A DNA stretch of 57,729 bases, filler included, from Sphacelaria rigidula (Eukaryota): the NCBI GenBank assembly GCA_964200075.2. It is 9 parts of 9 records of this genome, joined end to end, with 100 filler letters (N's around TTAATTAATTAA, not from the genome) between each part and the next. Parts side by side here need not be neighbours in the genome. Positions count along the whole stretch, not along the records: positions 44,980 to 51,304 come from CAXNAA020020773.1; positions 51,405 to 57,729 come from CAXNAA020020774.1; 7 more parts are not named here. One strand, written 5' to 3'. The position numbers were made by a program, and so were the translations under genes. This document shows, piece after piece, positions 50,389 to 57,729 of the stretch (its first letter is position 1; every line of letters begins with the position of its first letter). The notes under the pieces are model-generated. The model was not told where the DNA came from, did no database searches, and worked only from the letters and a program-made list of their open reading frames with translations.

Positions 50389-50514
50389 TCGAAGAGGAGC
50401 AGCTCTGGAGCGTCGAAGCCGTTATCCCTGGGGCTCATCGCTCTAGGCACGGATAAGGGGACGATCTCTGTGTGGGATCTCAAGCGCGGAGCGCTGGCGC
50501 ACTCTCTTGGCGAG
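50389..50514 (+). CDS. WDR43: WDR43, exon 3
   Basis: aagcag| SKRSSSGASKPLSLGLIALGTDKGTISVWDLKRGALAHSLGE |gtgtgt; L.ALGT..G.I motif; phase 0/0. Confidence 0.88.
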
Positions 50515-51015
50515 GTGTGTGTGTGTGTGTGATGGGGGAGGGAAGGGGTGGCGAATGGATAATGAATTACTGTTTGCTTGCCTGTCGTTCATTTTATTTC
50601 GTACTGTTCTTGTTCGTGCTTTGTCGCCGCCAAACTAGTGCACGCGGGTGCACGCACCAGCTTGGGGTATCCTATATTTTTGTAATACAAGCGGTGCACG
50701 GCTTCGCGCGTACTCCTTTTGATGGATTTTCCCCCTTGCCCCCCCGCCTTTTATGGCATCGTGTCGGTCGTCTCATCTTCTTTTTCCCTTCGATATTGTT
50801 AGATGTACGTAGTACGAGCAAGGCCTCGTATCTTAGCCTCAAAACCCCACCTATATACGGAACAAGGGTAACACCAACACGTACATACGTGCGTTGGTAA
50901 GTGTCACGCGCACACACGCACTCTCTCTCCCCTCTCTTCCGTCGTTCCCCGTACATGAAAAAAATACACCAACAAAATGGTTGTTGCTCCTCTGCTGTTC
51001 TGTTTCGTTTGGCAG

Positions 51016-51143
51016 GGTGAAGGTTTGCCGAGCGTTACATCTGTAGCTTTTTCGTTGGACGGAGGTAGCCTGTACTCCGCCTCTTCGGGTAAGGAAGTGT
51101 TCGAGTGGAACCTGGAGACGGGGGCAGTCGCACGCAAGTTCAA
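51016..51143 (+). CDS. WDR43: WDR43, exon 4 (gene continues beyond the scaffold)
   Basis: tggcag| GEGLPSVTSVAFSLDGGSLYSASSGKEVFEWNLETGAVARKF(K) |gtaagt; LYS.S....V.EWN..T motif. Confidence 0.88.
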
Positions 51144-52405
51144 GTAAGTTCTTTTTCGTTGCGAATACGTGATGAGTCGCGTATCAGAAGACACTGACCT
51201 GGGGCTGAGACCGTGGCTAACCCCCCCCCCCAACACGGCCCACACCTCCGTGGACGGAGCCCCCCAAGCAGAAAGAGAGGGGGGCGGAAACAAACGCAGA
51301 GAAANNNNNNNNNNNNNNNNNNNNNNNNNNNNNNNNNNNNNNNNNNNNTTAATTAATTAANNNNNNNNNNNNNNNNNNNNNNNNNNNNNNNNNNNNNNNN
51401 NNNNCCCATGGTGAGACACCCATGAGGCAGTGTATAAGCCGTGGCTATCTCTGGAAGTGGCGATACCAGACAACGAAGCAACTCATTGTATGCTGTCGCA
51501 GATGCGAGATGATCAATAGGCTTCGGGCCCAACGATCTCGCCGAACACACCACAGCGGTTCGCGTTTGGTGATCGAGTGCAGGCCTGGTCCGGCAAAAAC
51601 TCGGCGTGCTCCGTCCCGGCTTTGTAGGGAGGCGAGGTCAATGGTCATATGACTATGGCATGGATGATCATGAGTATATCCCCCCCTCCCCCACCTTTGT
51701 CGTGTGTCATGTTCCTCGTTTTTTTCAGTACACTCTGCTCAAGCCTTGTTTTGTTATTTTCCCCCTTTATCGAGCTTTCTAAGGCCAGTGCTTCCGCCTT
51801 GTATACCTTCCTTCCGTATGGATACCTTGTGACCATGCCTAGATGTACTTGGGCATCAGTTAATGTGCGACGATCATTCTATCAAGGTGGGATCTCACCT
51901 CGCTTTAGCGGCTAGTGTCCCGTATTCCCATGTACAAACAGGCCTCTACCAACGTGTTTGACGCTTTCCCTCTCGGGGACAGGGCCGAAGTTGTCGTTGT
52001 TTGATAATTCACCGACCGACCAGCGCCCTCAGATCCTAGAAATTTTGATTTTGATCATTTTGAGGTCCGTTCCTTAAAGGATCGAGATGGTGGAACATGC
52101 AAGTAGAGCGTGAATGATGATAACTTTATGTTTTGTGCCGTATACGTGTTGGTTGATGTACTGCTGTGTGCGTCTTGCCGTTTGTACGTAAGAAATAATG
52201 ACCTGATCATGTCAAGTCCTTCATTCTTTTGTTTTTACAGGGTATTTTCACATGATACTAACACGTGAAGAAGGTACCCGTCTGCGCGTTGAACAGCGTG
52301 TTTCACTGCGCGCTATCACTGCGTCCCCGATAATTATTATACTCTCTCACATGTAATTCTTTCTCCCCTCCCTTCCCCCCTGCCTCTAAACTTTCCATCT
52401 TTCAG

Positions 52406-52945
52406 GTGGCGTTCTTGCGGCACAACCCCGGCGTGTCAGTGTTAGGTAGCTCCATTGCAGTCTTCCACGGAGAGTGTCTAAGAAACCCCATGTACCTCGA
52501 GAATAGGAGGGAAAATCCTCCAGCTTTCGAAGAACCCTCTATTCCACCGCCTCCTTCCTCGGCAGCGGCTGCCGCAACACACGGGCATCCCGCCTATGCG
52601 CAACGCGAGCAGAAAAACGGCCAAAACCGCGCTCCGGAAGCAGCGACAAAGGACCTGAAGCATCCACAGATGAGCAGGAACACGCAGACGGCAACAGAGA
52701 CAGCCCCCGTGATAGCATTGCCGGCATCATCGGTGCAAAGAATCGCGAGGCATCCCACGGACCCCATGCTCCTAGGGTGGTCGCTATTGTTCGGGTGCTG
52801 CGTTGCTCACCCGTCTGTCATGTTGCGCCGCTCGGCCGTGATGGACGTGGGGGGATACGATCCGTCCGCCGAGCCCGCGGAAGATTACGACCTGTGGCTG
52901 CGCTTGGAAGCGACCTCGCCGGGATGTCTGGCAAACACTGGAGAG
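52406..52945 (+). CDS. Glycosyltransferase family 2 (GT-A fold) protein, internal exon
   Basis: tttcag| VAFLRHNPGVSVLGS...CCVAHPSVMLRRSAVMDVGGYDPSAEPAEDYDLWLRL...LANTGE |gtgagc; typical GT2 HPSVM.RR....GGY......EDY.LWLRL. Confidence 0.88.
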
Positions 52946-53781
52946 GTGAGCACGGTAGTTGGGAAAAGTGTGCGTTTTTTTCGTTTTTTGCCTGATGGGG
53001 AGAGGGAGGAGGCGGCAGGGGCAGACGGATTCATCGCTGCCGAGGTTCATCCCGGCTGATAAGTGGAATGGTGTAGCGTTCAGACGCCGCGCATCATGAA
53101 ATCGAAGCGGGAGGGTTAGCTATCGTGCAAGGGAAGGGGCGGAAGCCGACGTCTTGCTTTTGGCGAGGCAATGGGGCGTGTGTAGTCCGTTCGGCGGTGT
53201 CTCTGCTGCGCTGTGTCCAGTCACTGGTCACGCCTACTAGTGTCTTGAGGCCGTGTCTCATGCATGAACTAACGACAGAAATATGTGAATATCGCACTGT
53301 GTGATGCAAGTTAGCCAGTACGTAGTTCGCTTGCATGGTAAAAGCCTTGCGGGGCTCACTGAGTGCACTGTGGAGTGATCTTATCAGCTGGTTGTATCAT
53401 GCGCAGAGTCTTCCTTCCTCCCCGACCCCTTTGTTGAAGATAGAAGTGGGTTCCGTTGTCATTATATGGCAAAAAAAGTCTGATATCGTCGACTATACTA
53501 TACACTTGATACGTGACTGTTGCTGCGGGTTTTCCCGCGCTCGAGGCTTACTACTGTGTGCGCTTCTTCCATCATGTACCCGACCACGCTTATCAAAACG
53601 AGTGCTCCCTTTGTTTGCGTTTTCTTCTGGTCCTCGAGGTACATCTTGGCCGTGTTCCCCAGGTTGCGGCGGGTGATGGGCTAAACTCTCCCATTTCCCC
53701 CTTCACCTGCATCCATCCCCGCCAAATGCACCTCTCCGGGCACACCCATGCCCCACACACTCTCACTCATTCACGCGCGCG

Positions 53782-53841
<60 letters not shown>

Positions 53842-53911
53842 GGCCTCCCCCTCCTCCGGTGATGTCAGCACTTCGCCCTCTGTCTGCTTCTACGGATTAT
53901 ACACGTTTCAG

Positions 53912-54145
53912 GTACTCCTTGGCCTCCGGAAGCACAGTCAAAATGTGTCCCTCTCAAGGCGCGATGACCAGGCGAAGGCAGCGCTCGCCGCCGCAGCCCG
54001 AGCCATGTCCCGCGTCTTGGGGAGGACCATTACCCCGGCCCAGGCGTCGGGGGTGCGGACACCCGAGGGTGCAGCCACGGCTGCGGAGCTGGCGAGCGGT
54101 GCGAGGTTGCTAGGGGAGCTGGAAGCCGCACTTCTTGTGAACACG
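53912..54145 (+). CDS. GT2 protein, next exon
   Basis: tttcag| VLLGLRKHSQNVSLSRRDDQ... (GT2 L...R.H..N.S motif); donor at 54146, or 54137; both phase 0. Confidence 0.8.
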
Positions 54146-54255
54146 GTGATTCAATTTTTCTTGTGTGAAAACGATGATTTTAATTTTCATGAAGGATTCT
54201 CGGGTTTCATTATCCCGCGCCCCGGTGGTGCAATGGTGACAACACTACTCCATTA

Positions 54256-54397
54256 GAGCAATGCCACGGTAGGAGTGCGCCTTTTTTTTGTGAGGTTTTT
54301 TTCTGTAGGAGCCTCTCGATGACAAATTTCTGGGCTTTAGTGTGCAGCCTTGAAATACTTTTGGACTGAAAAGTGCACCCCTACCGCGGCATTACTC
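54256..54397. mobile_element. Tourist-like MITE, internally deleted copy
   Basis: TTA|GAGCAATGCCACGGTAGGAGTGCGC ... GTGCACCCCTACCGCGGCATTACTC. Confidence 0.75.
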
Positions 54398-54856
54398 ATC
54401 AGTCGGAAACATTCGTGCTCAATTTAACTTCTTCTTCATTTCTGAAGTACGTCTTCGAAAACGCGAGAAAATGAGTAGCAAAGTGAGTTCATTTCACGGA
54501 AGTCGAAGCGGTGAGGGAGTGCTGATCCAATCCCCGATACCAAATTGCGAGGCTTGTACCCGGGGAGAGATGGGTCTGTACCTTGAGGTCATGCACTCGT
54601 CCCGACGATGGAGAGGAAGCATGAAGATGCACTGGTGACGCTGGGGGGCGCCGGCGAAGCGGGACTTCACAGGGGGTGAACGTTTGAGAGGTTTCCTTCT
54701 CGCTCTGTCAAATTAATCAATTTCACAAAACTTCCCTCCCGTGAGGTCGCGGCGGTGTGCTTCGTTTGAACGTGAGGTGTTCTTTTCAAAAGCATACATC
54801 GCTACAGATTATTGACCAGCCTCAAATATACGATTCTAGGAGGGAGGAGCTCCCTA

Positions 54857-55886
54857 CGAGGTGGTTCACGCTTACATCCATAATTCACGATTATTGGAGT
54901 TGGGCTTTGAAAATTTGCATACATATACGAAACTTCCAAAGGATGGAGTCTTTCGAAAAACAAAATATTTCGCCAATTAACGGAGGTCCCAGGGCTTTTG
55001 GGGATGTTGGGGGACTACATGCCTTTTTGGGACCCTAGAAAAGTGGCGATGTCACGAAAAATCAGAAGACCCCATTGGCAACAAGGTTTCGTGATTTTCC
55101 AAAGAAAATGCGTGAAAATCGGCGTGAACACTTGCGCTCTTGTGTGGGGAAGTGAGCTCAAAGGGGACAAATTCTCAACTACTCGATTTTAGTATCGTTG
55201 TGTAAGTTGACGTTTAAGAAAAGAAAAAACTGCATTGGGCTTCTGAGTTACGCAACGAAACTGTCTACAAATGTTCCGTGGACTGGGACGTGTACATTTT
55301 TTCTTTCTTTGAGGTATTCTGTGCCGGCTTTCGGGGGTCCAGGCGTGAAGACCCCTGGTAAGCACATTCCTCCCCATCTGTCGAGTTCAAGAGCGATCTG
55401 AGATTTTCTGCGACAGATTTGCGGGAAGCCGTCAGGAGGCCTCATAAAGTCATTGGTTCACATCAATGGTAATCCGACCGCCGAAGCCCCACATCGCCGA
55501 AACACCGCGCTTTGGAGTATATTTTGATCCCGCTGTAACCGTTTTCAAATCTGTGTTTTTCGTTAGATTTCCGAGCTGATAGCGGTTACCACTATTTGAA
55601 GGACGTGGAGATTGGATAAAATTGGGTTGACAATGGGTGTCTTTATCTTCAGAACAATTCGAAGACCGCTGATTGGTCGAGATACTTTTTAGACCTCACC
55701 GCCACCACTATGGCCTTGAACCCAAACTCGGCTATGTCGCCCTGTTCAGCTGTCCATGGTAGTCAGTATAATACGATGCATGCGACTGTTAGGTGGGTAT
55801 TGCGAAAGACATTTACTTAGGGTACAATTTTGGGTAAAGATGTTTGCTCATGACACAAGTTGGGGTGATGAGCGTGAACCAGCTCG
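54857..55886. mobile_element. Non-autonomous DNA transposon (Tc1/mariner-like), copy 2
   Basis: TA|CGAGGTGGTTCACGCT ... AGCGTGAACCAGCTCG|TG; shares TTAGATTTCCGAGCTGAT, CGCTGATTGG and CACCACTATGGCCTTGAAC with copy 1. Superfamily is inferred from the TA flank only. Confidence 0.8.
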
Positions 55887-56299
55887 TGCCTGACGTTTGC
55901 GGTGTATCGGCAATCATTTATACCATTTCACACCTACTTCTACACTCGCATCTTCCACGCCCCGGGCCTACCCCTTTCAGCATGACGAATACTACGAACA
56001 GCTGTGGATGAGCCTTGATGTAGGTGAGAAAAGACTACAAGATTTAGAGAGTAGTGCTTCCAGTTGGTGATTTGCAGTACTCACATCAAAAGCCCAGAGG
56101 TGATGTCATCTCGTTGGTGTAGTACGCTGCATTACTTATATAATACAAGAAAGCCACAAACATCCTAGATAATTACCCATGATTTGCACGCCCCTCGCCA
56201 CCCCCCCGCCTGCCCCCTGCCGCCTCATCTGCTCCCCTTCCTGCAACAATCACAACTCGAAACATGCTTCACCTCTCCGCGCAAAAACACCACATACAG

Positions 56300-56500
56300 G
56301 AGGACAACCAAATTGCAGAAGCAGAGGATAGTCCGCAAAAGCGGGGCAGCGAGCTGGTGCGAAGGGATGCGAAGGCTCGTTTAGCCGCGATGGCCGTGCA
56401 TGCTATGAGCAGGTTCGGGGGCGAAGCGGCCCCGGTGCTGGCGGAATGGAAAAATCGCTACCCCGATCGACCCCTGTTTGAGGCTTTGGCTGGCAGTTGA
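56300..56500 (+). CDS. GT2 protein, probable terminal exon
   Basis: atacag| phase 0; EDNQIAEAEDSPQKRGSELVRRDAKARLAAMAVHAMSRFGGEAAPVLAEWKNRYPDRPLFEALAGS, then TGA. Confidence 0.7.
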   Translation, partial: EDNQIAEAEDSPQKRGSELVRRDAKARLAAMAVHAMSRFGGEAAPVLAEWKNRYPDRPLFEALAGS

Positions 56501-57260
56501 TTTTGCCATCACGAAGAGAGCACATGTTTGGGGGTCGTGGTGACCATGCGCATCAAAGTGTGCCGCACTCTGTGCTGTGCTGTTCTGTAACATACTTTCT
56601 GTTAGATATGATAATTTTTTTTTTCATAATACTGCGTATTTTCCGCGTGTCGCGTGAATAGGGTGAGCCGTGTCCTAGTGGTATTTTGTAGAGAAGGCAA
56701 ACCGATGATTTGGCAACGTGGCATAAGTAGTGATGTACTTTGACCGATTATTGTAGTTTGGGAGTCACTGCACGCGAGTTAGAAATGCACGCACAGTACT
56801 GAGAGCACTTTGGCACTGCTTCTCTCCACCGTCTTCGTTCTCTAGGGCAGTGTCATTATTCATGTACGCGTGTTGGAATAGCGTCATCGTCCCGGGAGAT
56901 TTGTGTCATCCCTCCAGACCCGTCAATTTTACCACGATTTTCACGAGCAGGGTGTCATAGTCAGTGCTAAATACAGCTTTCGTGACAACGCCGCAAAGCC
57001 TGCGAAGTAGAAGCACGCTGTTCTTTCAGATATAGAGATTTAGTTGTATCAATCCGATGAGCTTCGTAGGCGTTGCTAAGGTTATTTTACACTCTGTTTT
57101 TTTGGAGATCTTTCAACAACTCGGGACTGGCAAGGTACCTGATGACTCTCGAACGCTTGCGAGCGCCACGGCGTACACCTAGAGCAGCTAGCCGAAGTGC
57201 TGTGTTGTAGTCCGAATTTCTTGGATTTATCGAAGAATGAAGCTTCTGAAAAATGAGCCA

Positions 57261-57729
57261 TGTACAAAACAAGGGTACACCCTGGTACTTTTGGAACGAG
57301 AAAGGGTAACGCATTTTTCGCTTTGGGGCGCGGCACTTCACGCGGGCTAAACGCCTCGAAAACACGTTCCAGCGCCTCAGCCCCACGCCCAAGGTGTCTG
57401 GGCAGCATACCCGCCCATTGTTTTTCACAAGTGTTACTGGGCTGAGGCGCCGAAAATGAGAGCCTGAGTACCCTTTTTTGTGAGCAAAACAGGAGGGTAT
57501 ACCCTACCCTCTGCTAAAAAGTGATATTTTGCTCTTTTTCTTCTAGTAGTGTCGATCGACCGTTTTTTGCGAAGTGGTGACCGTACCGCCGTCTCAGCAC
57601 AGGATACGCCGAGCAGTCAACCGTAGCCATTTTCGGTAAAATTACACCCCACGAAAAAAGGCCAAAACCCAACGACCAGAAGAGTGTAGCACCCCTGCTG
57701 GTTGGCCCGAAGACGCGGAAGGTCCAACG
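57261..57729. repeat. Interspersed repeat, copy 2 (runs off the window end)
   Basis: Reverse complement of 208-722. Confidence 0.9.

Noticed and set aside
15330..51143. TRM5, CIA1, CDC37, TAF7 and WDR43 as a housekeeping gene cluster
   Set aside because: Each gene is on a different, unlinked scaffold.
6327..51404. Regularly spaced identical TTAATTAATTAA motifs as a CRISPR-like or periodic array
   Set aside because: They are embedded in N runs as a standard six-frame-stop assembly linker; the spacing reflects size-sorted scaffolds.
53513..53911. His/Thr-repeat N-terminal part of the 247-aa ORF
   Set aside because: Translation of an intronic (CA)n microsatellite.

Overview
This window is not one locus. 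It is nine unlinked scaffolds of 6325-6326 bp, sorted by size and joined by artificial 100-bp linkers (N44-TTAATTAATTAA-N44). The DNA is eukaryotic, with small exons, multi-kb repeat-filled introns and TTAGGG repeats; it is most likely a brown alga (inference). Gene fragments I could rebuild by hand from splice sites and phases: an AGC-family kinase (3' end), TRM5 (last exon), CIA1/CIAO1, CDC37 (three micro-exons), TAF7, WDR43/UTP5 (first four exons) and a bacterial-type GT2 glycosyltransferase. Mobile DNA includes a decayed Ty3/Gypsy chromovirus pol, a decayed LINE carrying nested insertions, tRNA-derived SINE heads and at least three MITE families. The most interesting signal is a pair of non-LTR retroposon families that share a 3' end (...ATGAGTAC). 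They lack a poly(A) tail and abut C-runs in all seven visible 3' ends. One copy has a perfect 15-bp target-site duplication showing that the C-run is the target. No prokaryotic-type system (CRISPR, operon) is supported.
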